DNA from: Gemmatimonadota bacterium
Lineage (GTDB): Bacteria > Gemmatimonadota > Gemmatimonadetes > Gemmatimonadales > Gemmatimonadaceae
Assembly (NCBI GenBank): GCA_021324775.1
Contig: JAJPIM010000023.1
Span: 53,176-117,175, forward strand
DNA length: 64,000 nt
Direction of reading: 5' to 3'
Under the pieces are notes generated by a model that did not search any database, was not told the origin of the DNA, and saw only the letters and a list, made by a program, of their open reading frames with translations. This document shows positions 18,289 to 26,787 of the stretch, piece by piece. Positions within the stretch are counted from its first letter, which is position 1, and every line of letters begins with the position of its first letter. The translations under genes and the position numbers were made by a program.

Positions 18289-19616
18289 CGGCATCCCTCA
18301 CACCCGCCGTGCCGCAGACCCGGCAGGCCTTCCGCATCACCGGCACGATCGGGGGCCTCTCCGCGGCGGACCAGCGCCTGCTCTTCGATCGCGCGCAGAC
18401 GCTCGACGATCATATCCGCGCGCGTACATCGGAGATCATCCGGCGGGTACGGCAGGACGGCGACCGCGCACTCCGCGAGCTGGCGTACTCGCTCGACGGC
18501 GTCGCCCTCGATCAGCTCGAAGTGCCGTGCACCGCATGGCGTGATGCTGCCGCGATCGTTGCACCGGAGGTACGGTCCGCGCTCGAACGCGCGGCGCGCA
18601 ATATCCGCTGCGCCCACGAGGCCTGGCTGCCGTCCGCCACCGAGGTAGAAGTCGAACCAGGGGTGATCGTCGGCCGCCGGCCCGACCCACTCGTTCGGGC
18701 GGGCATCTACGCCCCTGGCGGCCGGGCGCTCTATCCGAGCAGCGTTCTCATGGGAGCGATCCCCGCGCGCGTGGCGGGCGTCGGTGAGGTGATCCTGTGC
18801 TCGCCGCCAGGACCATCCGGCATCCCGGCGCCGATCATGCTTGCCGCGGCCGAGATCGCGGGAGTGGACCGCGTCTTTTCCGTGGGCGGTGCGGGAGCGA
18901 TCGCCGCCATGGCCTACGGCACGCAGACCATCCCGCGGGTTGATCGGATCGCCGGTCCCGGCAACGCCTACGTGGCCGCCGCGAAACTGCAGGTGGCATC
19001 CGATACCGGCATCGATGCGCCAGCCGGCCCCAGCGAACTCCTGGTCATCGCCGACCACAGCGCCGCCGCCGAAACGATCGCGCGCGAGGTCCTCGCCCAG
19101 GCGGAACACGACCCGGATGCGGCCGTGGTCGTGATCGCGACGAGCCAGGAGATCGCCAGCGCTGTCGCTCGGGCCGTCCGCAGTCTCACCCCGTTCGAGA
19201 AGCGCGCCGATATCATCGCCGCGTCGCTGGCGGCCCGTGGCGCGCTCCTCGTCGCCCCGGATGTCGCCACCGCGATCCGTTTCAGTAACGACTGGGCGCC
19301 CGAACACCTCCTGCTCGCCGTCGGCGACCCGGACGCGGTACTGCGCGATGTCGTGAGCGCCGGTACGGTCTGCCTGGGAACGACGACGTCCGTGGTCTTT
19401 GGCGACTACATCACGGGCGCCAATCACATCCTGCCGACCGGCGGCGCCGCTCGCCGCTACTCCGGCCTCTCCACCCTGGATTTCGTTCGCTGGACGACGT
19501 ACCAGCGGGTCTCCGAAGCCGCCGCACTGTCGCTGGCCGGCGATGTCGCGATCCTTGCGACGGCGGAACGTCTCCCGGCGCACGCAGCCGCTGCACGGCG
19601 GCCGGTCTCACCATGA
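18285..19616 (+). CDS. hisD: histidinol dehydrogenase
   Basis: Track ORF of 443 aa with GPGNAYVAAAK and AQAEHD motifs. ATGA overlap with hisG. Confidence 0.9.
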   Translation: MTASLTPAVPQTRQAFRITGTIGGLSAADQRLLFDRAQTLDDHIRARTSEIIRRVRQDGDRALRELAYSLDGVALDQLEVPCTAWRDAAAIVAPEVRSALERAARNIRCAHEAWLPSATEVEVEPGVIVGRRPDPLVRAGIYAPGGRALYPSSVLMGAIPARVAGVGEVILCSPPGPSGIPAPIMLAAAEIAGVDRVFSVGGAGAIAAMAYGTQTIPRVDRIAGPGNAYVAAAKLQVASDTGIDAPAGPSELLVIADHSAAAETIAREVLAQAEHDPDAAVVVIATSQEIASAVARAVRSLTPFEKRADIIAASLAARGALLVAPDVATAIRFSNDWAPEHLLLAVGDPDAVLRDVVSAGTVCLGTTTSVVFGDYITGANHILPTGGAARRYSGLSTLDFVRWTTYQRVSEAAALSLAGDVAILATAERLPAHAAAARRPVSP

Positions 19617-20686
19617 TGGCCCCTCCGCTCACGCGGGATGCGTACCGAGATGTCGGGCGCTATGTCGTCGACCAGTCTGTCATAGCGATCGACCTCCGTG
19701 ACAACACGAATCTCTGGGGCGTCCCTCCGGCCGCTGGCCGAGCGATCGCCGCATCCGCGGCGGCGGTGAGCCGCTATCCCCGCATCTACGCGTCGGCGCT
19801 CAAGGATGCGCTGGCGGCTTATGCCGGTGTGACACCGGACATGATCGTCACCGGCTGCGGATCCGACGACGTGATCGACTCGGCGCTCCGGGCCGTCGCG
19901 GACCCGGGTCAGCGCATGGCTCACCTCGATCCGACCTTCCCGACGGCTCTCACGTTCGCGCAGATGAACGGCCTGATCCCGGCCGGGGTGCCGCTGACAG
20001 GAAGTTGGGATGCGGACGCCGACGCACTGATCGCCACCGGCGCCCGGGTGATCTATCTCTGCTCTCCCAACAACCCGACGGGCACGATGGTTTCCCGGGA
20101 ATCCCTGGAGCGGCTTGCCATGCACGCGCCAGGAGTCGTGATCGTCGACGAGGCCTACGCGGAATACGCGCGCACGAGTGCGGCCGATCTCACGGGACCG
20201 GGGAGCCGAGTGCTGGTGCTTCGCACGCTGTCGAAGGCTTTCGGACTCGCGGGTCTCCGGATCGGCTACGCCATCGGCGCGCCGGATCTCATCGCAGGGA
20301 TCGAGAAATCGAGAGGACCGTACAAAGTCAGTGTCGTGGCCGAGCATGCCGCGATCGCAGCTTTGACCACCGATGCGCCGTGGGTGCGCGCGCGGATCGC
20401 TGAGACGATCGCGAACCGCGGCCAGCTCGCGGGACGCCTGGCCGCGCTCGGCCTGCGCGCGCTCCCCTCGGGTGCCAATTTCCTCTTCGTCCCGACGCCA
20501 CAGGCGGCGCCGATCGAACGATGCCTCTGGGAATGCGGCGTCGGTGTCCGGCTCTACACGGGGCTGCGCGGGATCGGCGATGCCATCCGCATGACCGTCG
20601 GACCCTGGTATCTCATGGCGTCACTGATCCAGGCATTGGAGCGCGCCACCGGACGATCGGCTGCGATGGACGGACCGGCCGTATGA
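19613..20686 (+). CDS. hisC: histidinol-phosphate aminotransferase
   Basis: Track ORF of 357 aa: class II aminotransferase pattern (LCSPNNPTG, RTLSKAFGLAGLRIGY). Overlaps the hisD stop. Confidence 0.85.
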   Translation: MMAPPLTRDAYRDVGRYVVDQSVIAIDLRDNTNLWGVPPAAGRAIAASAAAVSRYPRIYASALKDALAAYAGVTPDMIVTGCGSDDVIDSALRAVADPGQRMAHLDPTFPTALTFAQMNGLIPAGVPLTGSWDADADALIATGARVIYLCSPNNPTGTMVSRESLERLAMHAPGVVIVDEAYAEYARTSAADLTGPGSRVLVLRTLSKAFGLAGLRIGYAIGAPDLIAGIEKSRGPYKVSVVAEHAAIAALTTDAPWVRARIAETIANRGQLAGRLAALGLRALPSGANFLFVPTPQAAPIERCLWECGVGVRLYTGLRGIGDAIRMTVGPWYLMASLIQALERATGRSAAMDGPAV

Positions 20687-21300
20687 TCCGCGCGACGATT
20701 CTCGACTACGGCGCCGGCAACCTCCACTCGCTCGCCAAGGCGCTGGCCATGCCGGACGTCTCGGTACACATCACGACGGATCCATTGTCGGCGATCGATA
20801 CCGAAGTCCTCATCCTCCCCGGCGTCGGGGCGTTCACCGGCGCGGCCGGCTGCCTCGCGCCTGCCCGCACCGCAATCCGCCGCGCACTCACCGATGGCCT
20901 CCCATGTCTCGCCATCTGCCTGGGCATGCAGCTCCTGTTCGATGCGAGTGAAGAGGGGCCGGGCGCAGGTCTGGGGTTCTTGGCGGGCCGCGTCCGCCGG
21001 TTGAAAGCGGCGCTCGTCCCGCATATGGGCTGGAACACACTGGAAGAGCCGGCCGATCCACTCGTCACGGGCGGCGCGCTCGAGACGGCCTATTACGCAC
21101 ACAGCTATGTGTGCCCGCCCGCAGATCCAGGTGTGACGACAGCGTGGACGATGGTGGACGGCGACCGTTTTCCAGCCATCGTCCGTCGCGAGCGCACAGT
21201 CGGTGTCCAGTTCCACCCCGAGAAGAGCTCGGCGCCCGGTGTGTCCTTCATTCACCGGTTCCTCGCGGACGTCGCGGGACCACGGACGGAGGTGTCATGA
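20683..21300 (+). CDS. hisH: imidazole glycerol phosphate synthase, glutaminase subunit
   Basis: In-frame ATG 20683 within track ORF 20521..21300: MIRATILDYGAGNLHSL..., catalytic CLGMQLL, and HSY. ATGA overlap with hisC. Confidence 0.9.
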   Translation: MIRATILDYGAGNLHSLAKALAMPDVSVHITTDPLSAIDTEVLILPGVGAFTGAAGCLAPARTAIRRALTDGLPCLAICLGMQLLFDASEEGPGAGLGFLAGRVRRLKAALVPHMGWNTLEEPADPLVTGGALETAYYAHSYVCPPADPGVTTAWTMVDGDRFPAIVRRERTVGVQFHPEKSSAPGVSFIHRFLADVAGPRTEVS

Positions 21301-22013
21301 TCGCGATCCCCGCGGTCGATCTCCGCGACGGCGCGTGCGTGCAGCTCGTCGGCGGGTCGTACGCCGATGAGCGGATCCGGCTGCCCGATCCTGCCAGTGT
21401 GGCCCAGCGCTGGGCGGAGCTGGGCTTCGCGCATCTCCACGTCGTCGATCTCGACGCGGCCACCGGATGTGGGTCGAATGCACCGATTGTCCGCCGCATC
21501 CTCCGGCGCGGCGCCGGTCCCGAGGTGCAGATCGGCGGTGGGATCACGAGCGAAGGGTGCATCCGTGCGCTCGTGCGCGACGGCGCCGCCCGGATCATCG
21601 TCGGAACCCGGGCGATCGAAGATCCGGCATGGATCGCCGAGATGGCCGCCCGATTCCCGAACCGGCTGATCGTCGCCGCCGATGCGCGCGGCGAGCAGGT
21701 CGTCACCCGCGGCTGGAACAGGGTGCTACCCGCACATGTTCTCGAGTCAATCGAGGCGCTCCATGGGCTGCCGCTCGCGGGGATCCTCGTCACTGCCGTA
21801 CATCGGGAAGGCCGGCTGCAGGGTCCCGACCTGCCGCTGATGGCATCAGTCGTCAATCGCGCCCCGGCACCCGTGTACGCCGCGGGCGGCATCGCCTCGC
21901 TTGCGGATCTCCGGGCGCTGGCCGCGATCGGTGTCACCGCGACAGTGATCGGGATGGCCCTCTACACTGGCGCGCTGGATCCGCGCGCCGTCGTCACGGA
22001 GTTCTCACAATGA
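21297..22013 (+). CDS. hisA: 1-(5-phosphoribosyl)-5-[(5-phosphoribosylamino)methylideneamino]imidazole-4-carboxamide isomerase
   Basis: In-frame ATG 21297 in track ORF 21111..22013: MIAIPAVDLRDGACVQLVGG... ATGA overlap with hisH. Confidence 0.9.
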   Translation: MIAIPAVDLRDGACVQLVGGSYADERIRLPDPASVAQRWAELGFAHLHVVDLDAATGCGSNAPIVRRILRRGAGPEVQIGGGITSEGCIRALVRDGAARIIVGTRAIEDPAWIAEMAARFPNRLIVAADARGEQVVTRGWNRVLPAHVLESIEALHGLPLAGILVTAVHREGRLQGPDLPLMASVVNRAPAPVYAAGGIASLADLRALAAIGVTATVIGMALYTGALDPRAVVTEFSQ

Positions 22014-22606
22014 CTGGACGAAATGGAGCCGAAGTGAACCCTACGGGAGCGCGCGGGCATGTGGTCGAGCGCGTCACGCGAGAGACGGATATCCGCGTCG
22101 AGATCGCTCGCGGCGCCGGCCGCGCGACCGCCGACACGACGCAGCCGTTTCTCGATCACATGCTAGTGACGCTCGCCCGGTATTCGGCCCTGGATCTCAC
22201 AGTCCAAGCGCGCGGCGATCTCAAGCACCATCTCATCGAGGATGTCGCGATTGTCGTCGGCACCGCGGTCGCCGGGCTCGCGACGCCCACAGCCGCCCGT
22301 TACGGAGATCGCACGATCCCCATGGATGATGCGCTCGTCCAGGCAGTTCTCGATGTGGGGGGACGTCCGTTCTATCAGGGGCCATTGCCGAGCCGGTTGT
22401 ACGATCACTGGATGCGATCGTTCGCCGACCACGCGCGCGCGACGCTGCATCTGAGAGTGCTCCGGGGCCAGGATCGTCACCACATCGTCGAAGCCGCGTT
22501 CAAGGCCCTCGGCCTCGCCATCCGTGATGCGCTCGTTGACGGCGGGGAGGTGTTCAGCACCAAAGGGCGTGTCGAGGTTGCACGCGTGCCGGGGCTCCCC
22601 ACATGA
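22010..22606 (+). CDS. hisB: imidazoleglycerol-phosphate dehydratase (monofunctional, 198 aa)
   Basis: In-frame ATG 22010 in track ORF 21467..22606: ...TRETDIRVEI...FLDHMLVTLARYS...DLKHHLIEDVAIVVG. There is no histidinol-phosphatase domain. ATGA overlap with hisA. Confidence 0.9.
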   Translation: MTGRNGAEVNPTGARGHVVERVTRETDIRVEIARGAGRATADTTQPFLDHMLVTLARYSALDLTVQARGDLKHHLIEDVAIVVGTAVAGLATPTAARYGDRTIPMDDALVQAVLDVGGRPFYQGPLPSRLYDHWMRSFADHARATLHLRVLRGQDRHHIVEAAFKALGLAIRDALVDGGEVFSTKGRVEVARVPGLPT

Positions 22607-23391
22607 CGCGGACCCGTCGCGTGATCGTGTGTCTCGATGCCGACGACGACCGTGTGGTCAAAGGCGTGCAATTTCGTGCCCTGCGTCCGATCGGCGACCC
22701 GGCGGAGATGGCGGCCCGCTACGAACGCGCCGGCGCCGACGAGATCGTGCTGCTCGACATCTCGGCCAGCGCGGAGGGACGGGAGACACGGTGGGACACG
22801 GTGCGCCGGACGGCGGAGCAACTGTTCATCCCTCTCACCTTTGGAGGCGGAGTGCGGTCGGTGGACGATGTTGGCCGTGCGCTTCGGGCTGGCGCGGACA
22901 AAGTCGCGGTCAACACCGCCGCGGTCACCCGCCCGGCCGTGATCAGCGAAGCGGCGGCCTGGTTCGGCGCCCAGTGCATCGTTGCGAGCATCGATGCGAG
23001 GCGGGACGAGAGCGCACCGTCCGGGTGGCGCGTGGTTATCCATGGCGGCCGCACCGAGACGCCGCTCGATGTCGCCGAGTGGGCGCGCGAGTGCGTAGAC
23101 AGTGGGGCGGGGGAGATTCTGCTTACGAGCATCGACTGCGACGGCGGGCGCTCGGGATATGATCTGGCGCTTACGCGCACCGTCGCTTCGCTGGTGACCG
23201 TGCCGGTGGTCGCCTCCGGCGGTGCGGGCTCGGCGGACCACGTCTGCGCGGTTCTGTGCGACGGCGGTGCCGACGCGGCGCTCGTGGCGGGGATCGTGCA
23301 CGACGGTGTGGTGACGGTCGGGTCGATCAAGGCAGCAATGGCCGCCCGAGGACTACCCGTCCGGGGAGAGATTATCAGAGGCGCTGCGTGA
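22603..23391 (+). CDS. hisF: imidazole glycerol phosphate synthase, cyclase subunit
   Basis: Track ORF of 262 aa: RVIVCLDADDDRVVKGVQF...GADEIVLLDISAS...GGGV. ATGA overlap with hisB. Confidence 0.9.
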   Translation: MTRTRRVIVCLDADDDRVVKGVQFRALRPIGDPAEMAARYERAGADEIVLLDISASAEGRETRWDTVRRTAEQLFIPLTFGGGVRSVDDVGRALRAGADKVAVNTAAVTRPAVISEAAAWFGAQCIVASIDARRDESAPSGWRVVIHGGRTETPLDVAEWARECVDSGAGEILLTSIDCDGGRSGYDLALTRTVASLVTVPVVASGGAGSADHVCAVLCDGGADAALVAGIVHDGVVTVGSIKAAMAARGLPVRGEIIRGAA

Positions 23392-24026
23392 TGCCGGGCG
23401 CTGGCGTGCTCGATCTCGATAAGCTGGACTTCGAGAAGGGCGATGGCCGCCTGACCGTCGTCACGCAGGACGCCGATACGGGCGCCGTCCTCATGGTGGC
23501 GCACGCGGACCGTGACGCGCTCGAACGCACGATCGCGACTGGCGAGATGTACTACACATCCCGGACTCGCGGGCTCTGGCACAAGGGCGCCACGAGTGGC
23601 AATCGTCAGAGCGTGGTGTCGCTGGCCGCGGACTGCGACGGCGATGCGGTCCTCGCCCGCGTGCGTCCCATGGGCCCGGCCTGCCACTCCGGCCAGACGT
23701 CCTGCTTCGGCGAGCCGGCGCTGGCGCCGGACGCGCTCGCCGTGCTCGACCGCATGATCGCCGGCCGGGCTGCTGATCCATCGGCAGCGGCGGGTGGTTA
23801 CACCCGGACGCTGCTTCGGGATCGCAATCTGAGACTCAAGAAGATTGGTGAAGAGGCTGCCGAGTTTGTGGTGGCGTGCACGGGGACGGATGCGGATCGC
23901 GTCGTGGCCGAAGCCAGCGATCTCGTCTATCACGCATTGGTTGCCATGCATGGGGCAGGCGTCGCGTGGCCAGCCGTCGTCGGTGAGCTGGCCGCGCGCG
24001 GGTCTCGTGGCAAGCCGGCCGAATAA
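23391..24026 (+). CDS. hisIE: bifunctional phosphoribosyl-AMP cyclohydrolase / phosphoribosyl-ATP diphosphatase
   Basis: In-frame ATG 23391 in track ORF 23256..24026: ...VVTQDADTGAVLMVAHADRDAL...YYTSRTRGLWHKGATSGN...CDGDAVL...CHSGQTSCF, then a PRA-PH helical part (LKKIGEEAAEFV). 1-nt overlap with the hisF stop. Confidence 0.85.
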   Translation: MPGAGVLDLDKLDFEKGDGRLTVVTQDADTGAVLMVAHADRDALERTIATGEMYYTSRTRGLWHKGATSGNRQSVVSLAADCDGDAVLARVRPMGPACHSGQTSCFGEPALAPDALAVLDRMIAGRAADPSAAAGGYTRTLLRDRNLRLKKIGEEAAEFVVACTGTDADRVVAEASDLVYHALVAMHGAGVAWPAVVGELAARGSRGKPAE

Positions 24027-24127
24027 GCCCGGCTGACGTCGCGATTCGCCGCTTGCGCGCGTCGTGGACGGCGGATAGCTTCGGCAGTACAACCGATTTC
24101 CACCGTATCCGTGGTCCTTGCCGCGTA

Positions 24128-24156
24128 TTGCAGCCACGTTAAACAAATGCTAAAAA
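24128..24156 (+). promoter_or_regulatory. promoter candidate TTGCAG-17 nt-TAAAAA in an AT-rich island
   Basis: TTGCAG at 24128..24133, a 17-nt spacer, TAAAAA at 24151..24156. It sits in a locally AT-rich stretch (gttaaacaaatgctaaaaag) within the 473-nt hisIE-to-sulfite-reductase intergenic region. Confidence 0.35.
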
Positions 24157-24201
24157 GCGTTCGCCCGCGGCCGCTGTCCGTGGGCGTTCGTGTTACACAC
24201 C

Positions 24202-24405
24202 ATGCCTCTTACCGTTCGCCCCACCTCCCGCTCACGGACCGCCGCGCCACGCCACTGGTGCGGCACCGCCGCGCGTTGCAGCGAGTGCTGCCGCGAGTGT
24301 TGTTGCAGCTGTTGCGGCTGTTGTTGGAGCCACGGATGTGCCGCCCCGCATGGGCGCGGTCGCCAGGCCAGGGTGCGAGCCGATCCTCACGATCGCCGCC
24401 GGTAG
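24202..24405 (+). CDS. Cys-rich upstream ORF (12 Cys within 27 codons); candidate Cys-sensing leader peptide
   Basis: Track ORF 24190..24405 (GTG) with an internal ATG at 24202: ...HWCGTAARCSECCRECCCSCCGCCWSHGC... (Cys codons 24259..24339, several of them TGT). It is followed by a terminator and the sulfite reductase gene. Confidence 0.5.
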   Translation: MPLTVRPTSRSRTAAPRHWCGTAARCSECCRECCCSCCGCCWSHGCAAPHGRGRQARVRADPHDRRR

Positions 24406-24440
24406 CGAGCAGCAAGCTCGTACCCCGAACCCCGACGCCT

Positions 24441-24479
24441 GGCCCGCTCCTCACTCCGAGTAGCGGGCCCTTTCGTTTT
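24441..24479 (+). terminator. intrinsic terminator / attenuator candidate upstream of the sulfite reductase
   Basis: GGCCCGCT(c)CTC-actcc-GAG(t)AGCGGGCC: 8+3 bp with one mismatch and a 5-nt loop, followed by CTTTCGTTTT. It ends 20 nt before ATG 24500. Confidence 0.6.
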
Positions 24480-24499
24480 CACGCCTCTCCTCCGCTCAG

Positions 24500-26155
24500 A
24501 TGCCTGTGTCCTCCACGTCGTCACCCAACCTCGTACCGCCGCTGCCGTCTCCACCCAAGGAGACTGCTGCCCAGCACATCGAACGCGTCAAGCGCGAGCG
24601 CCCATCCTGGTCGATACTCGATGACATCCGGCGCTACGCTCGCGAAGGCTTCGACAGTATCCCTGCGGACGATCTTGCGGTCCGGCTCCGCGCGTGGGGG
24701 CTCTATACGCAGGGCGACGGCGCGGGCGTGCGTGGCGACGCGATCCGGTACTTCATGATGCGCGTCCGCACGCCGAACGGCGTGCTGACATCGGCGATGT
24801 GCCGGACCATAGCGGATCTCGCGGATCGGTATGCCCGTGGCACGCTCGACATCACCAACCGGCAGAACTTTCAGTTGCACTGGCTCCGCATCGAAGACGT
24901 CCCTGCGGTGTGGGATGCTCTCGCAGAGGTCGGGTGGACGAGCCAGGGCGCCTGCGGCGACAACACTCGCACGGTCACCGGCTGCCCGCTCGCCGGCGTG
25001 GACGCCGGCGAGGTGGCCGACGCGTCGCCCCTCGCGGTCGCGATCGATCGCCACCTGAACGGTCACCCGGACTTCGCGAACCTGCCGCGGAAGTTCAAGA
25101 TCTCCGTCACTGGGTGCCGGCACTGGTGCACGTATCCCGAGATCAACGATATCGGCCTGACCGCGATCCGCCGCGGCGAGGAGATCGGATTTTCCCTGCG
25201 CGTCGGAGGTGGCCTCTCCACGCGCCCCCACATGGCGGTCCGCCTCGATGCTTTCGCCCGCTGGGATCAGGCGATCGCGGTCACCGAGGCGGTGGCCGGG
25301 ATCTTCCGCGACTCGGACGTGCTCCGCGTGCACCGTGCCAAGGCGCGCATGAAGTATCTCTTCCTCACGCAGGGCTGGACGGCCGATCGTTTTCTCGCGG
25401 AGGTCAACGACCGCCTCGGTTTCACGCTCGATCCTGGCGTCCCAGAAGACGCGCCAATCGAGCAGTTCCGCGACCACGTCGGTGTCCACCCTCAGCGGCA
25501 GGCGGGGCTCTCCTACGCCGGATTCTCGGTGGCCGCGGGCCGGATCCGCCCGGCGCTTCTTCGGCGGATCGCTGACTGGGCGGAGGAGTTCGGCGACGGC
25601 ACGCTCCGCACCACGGCTGCGCAGAACCTGGTGGTGCTCAATGTGCCCGATGCACACATGGGTGGCCTCGAGCACGCCGTAACGTCGTCAGGCATCGCTC
25701 CTGTCGCCTCACCGTTCCAGCGCGGCATCGTCGCCTGCACGGGATCGGAGTTCTGCAAGCTCGCGCTGGTCGAAACGAAGGCATTCAGCCTGAACCTCAT
25801 CCCCGATCTCGAACGCCGGCTCCCGAACTTCAGCCAGCATCTTCGGATACACGTCACCGGTTGCCCCAACGCGTGCGGCCAGCACTGGATCGCGGATGTC
25901 GGGCTGCAAGGCGTGCAAGTCGACGACGGCGGCCGACAGGTCGATGGCTTCGATCTCTTCGTCGGTGGCGGCTTGGGCCGGGGCGCGGACTTCGCGCATC
26001 GGGCCGGCGTGCGGCTCCCGGCGACACGAGTCGCTGGTGCGCTCGAGACGCTGCTACGCGCCTACCTCGCTACCCGTGAAGAAGGCGAGGTATTCCGCGC
26101 GTGGACCGCCCGAGTGACGGATACGTACCTCAAGGAGCTGCTTGCCGACGCGTAA
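24500..26155 (+). CDS. ferredoxin-dependent sulfite/nitrite reductase (NirA/Sir family, siroheme-4Fe4S)
   Basis: Track ORF of 551 aa. Cys clusters CTGSEFCKLALVETK and HVTGCPNACGQHWIADVGL; duplicated NIR_SIR-type halves; N-terminal WGLYTQGDG. Confidence 0.85.
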   Translation: MPVSSTSSPNLVPPLPSPPKETAAQHIERVKRERPSWSILDDIRRYAREGFDSIPADDLAVRLRAWGLYTQGDGAGVRGDAIRYFMMRVRTPNGVLTSAMCRTIADLADRYARGTLDITNRQNFQLHWLRIEDVPAVWDALAEVGWTSQGACGDNTRTVTGCPLAGVDAGEVADASPLAVAIDRHLNGHPDFANLPRKFKISVTGCRHWCTYPEINDIGLTAIRRGEEIGFSLRVGGGLSTRPHMAVRLDAFARWDQAIAVTEAVAGIFRDSDVLRVHRAKARMKYLFLTQGWTADRFLAEVNDRLGFTLDPGVPEDAPIEQFRDHVGVHPQRQAGLSYAGFSVAAGRIRPALLRRIADWAEEFGDGTLRTTAAQNLVVLNVPDAHMGGLEHAVTSSGIAPVASPFQRGIVACTGSEFCKLALVETKAFSLNLIPDLERRLPNFSQHLRIHVTGCPNACGQHWIADVGLQGVQVDDGGRQVDGFDLFVGGGLGRGADFAHRAGVRLPATRVAGALETLLRAYLATREEGEVFRAWTARVTDTYLKELLADA

Positions 26156-26164
26156 GGCGGCGAG

Positions 26165-26188
26165 AGGGGCCGTTCGCGAACGGCCCCT
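26165..26188. terminator. perfect 24-nt palindrome between convergent genes (bidirectional hairpin, no U-tract)
   Basis: AGGGGCCGTTCG|CGAACGGCCCCT, located 10 nt after the sulfite reductase stop and 75 nt after the stop of the minus-strand GNAT gene. Confidence 0.45.
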
Positions 26189-26262
26189 GCTGCGTTGGCC
26201 GCTGGCCCGAGCGGTACGACAACGACGTATCGCTAACACCTGTCAGGTGGGTTGAGCGGCCA

Positions 26263-26787
26263 TCAGTTCAAATATCGCGCGACGCAGATCTCCGGGCAGT
26301 CGAACCGCCGCGCGCACCCGTTGCAATCACGGGCGACTTTCTCCGGATACCGGGATTTCTCGACGACAGCGTAGCCCAGTGTCTCAAAAAACCGCGGCGT
26401 CATCGTGAGCGCCACGAGATGATTCACACCCCGGCACCCGGCCAGCTCCTCGACCCGGCGTACCAGCTCACGACCGATGCCTGTGCCATGGGCTCGCGCG
26501 ACGACCGCGACCGAGCCGACTTCTGCAACGGACGGCGAGTACTCCCGGATCGCCGCGCATCCCAGAAGCCGGCCGGTGTGGTCGGCCGCCACGATGAAGT
26601 CGTCGAGCGCCATCGCCACCGCATCGGGTGACTTGGGCAGCATCACGCCGCGCGCCGCATATTCGTTGATGAGCGCGACGATGGCTGGCACGTCCATCGC
26701 CCGCGCTGGACGATAGGTCACTGCGAGCCGGGCCGCAGGAGCCCGCGTGACGGTCTGGCGGCTGTGCCGCGCGAGTGTGGCGGTCAT
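26263..26787 (-). CDS. short GNAT N-acetyltransferase, putative N-acetylglutamate synthase of the arg operon
   Basis: C-terminal 174 aa of track ORF 26263..27357. ATG 26787..26785 overlaps the argD stop (ATGA). GNAT motif VVARAHGTGIGRELVRRVEELA, and a C-terminal Cys motif DCNGCARRFDCPEIC. Confidence 0.65.
   Translation of the reverse strand: MTATLARHSRQTVTRAPAARLAVTYRPARAMDVPAIVALINEYAARGVMLPKSPDAVAMALDDFIVAADHTGRLLGCAAIREYSPSVAEVGSVAVVARAHGTGIGRELVRRVEELAGCRGVNHLVALTMTPRFFETLGYAVVEKSRYPEKVARDCNGCARRFDCPEICVARYLN

Noticed and set aside
18210-19583. 457-aa minus-strand ORF
   Set aside because: Antisense to hisD, which has unambiguous homology-type motifs. The composition is Arg/Gly/Asp-biased.
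22719-24146. 475-aa minus-strand ORF
   Set aside because: Antisense to hisF/hisIE and low-complexity (Ala/Arg/Ser/Pro-rich). This is a typical shadow ORF in GC-rich DNA.
24111-24758. 215-aa plus-strand ORF bridging the Cys-rich region and the reductase 5' end
   Set aside because: It is out of frame with the reductase and of Arg/Pro/Ser-rich composition. It crosses the predicted terminator.
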